Positions 63,505 to 64,000 of a stretch of 64,000 bases of DNA are shown in pieces. Every line of letters starts with the position of its first letter. Position 1 is the first letter of the stretch. Under the pieces are notes generated by a model. The model did not search any database. It was given only the letters and a program-made list of their open reading frames with translations, and was not told the DNA's origin. Source of the stretch: Chiloscyllium plagiosum (lineage: Eukaryota); NCBI RefSeq assembly GCF_004010195.1, contig NC_057719.1, positions 69,960,719 through 70,024,718 of the forward strand, written 5' to 3'. A program made the translations under genes and the position numbers.

Positions 63505-64000
63505 CAGCAAAATAGACATGCACAAATTACGCTATCCATTAAACATATTTCTGGTCTTACCTCACTCCAAAACCAAACATTTGGTGAATTCATCATTAAC
63601 ATATTGTGAACTGTGCCATTGAGAAAATGTTTTGCTGGGGTGCAAGAGTTACATCACGATGCACAATAATAATAATTACTAATCTAGTAGATGATTAACA
63701 TTGTCATCTTCATTGTTACATTCAGCTGAGTATGCAGATAGGTTATTTCTGGCAAAAGCAAAATCGTTAGTGGAGAGAATGCTGGAAACAAAAGGGCACA
63801 AGGCAAATATACATTTTCTATTCTTACCAGAAACAGTTAATCAGTTAAAAGCAAAATGAAAGTCCAGAATATTGTAGGATGTTCTATAACAAGCAGCATC
63901 ATTTGTTTTTGCTGCGGAATTAGCACGCTTGTCTAATCTAAAGCTAGTTATTAACAAGTGTACCTGTTACAAAATATTCAAGTCCAGGAAAGGCCTCCTT

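Noticed and set aside
63138..63633. Two possible minus-strand mini-exons with AG/GT boundaries (KHFLNGTVHNML...; IIGCIGAQEMEIHRCTGGGCLVE)
   Set aside because: No recognisable protein family; such short open splice-flanked segments arise by chance; would need RNA-seq or homology

Overview
Vertebrate, almost certainly elasmobranch (shark), non-coding DNA. The basis is abundant HE1-type V-SINEs with (TAATC)n tails, HER1/CR1 LINEs and Deu-domain SINEs. No host protein-coding exon could be recognised; essentially all informative ORFs in the track are decayed retroelement fragments. Contents: two copies of one Gypsy (probably Mag-like) LTR retrotransposon, one of them full-length with both LTRs, PBS, PPT and TSD; many CR1 fragments; a Rex1/Babar LINE; a CR1/L2-group LINE with a tRNA-like head and its internally deleted SINE-like derivative; solo-LTR-like inserts; several young tandem duplications; a ~550 bp inverted repeat; and one 398-N assembly gap. 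The most notable signal is about 15 short Penelope-like element (PLE) insertions from 3-4 sequence families. Most carry an intact or decayed minimal hammerhead ribozyme motif (CUGANGA-stem II-GAAA-palindromic stem III-NUH), with stem covariation between families. Many are fold-back hairpins with 11-17 bp target-site duplications, and one is physically linked to a GIY-YIG endonuclease remnant. Coordinates of decayed repeats are approximate, and family names come from motif recognition rather than a database search.
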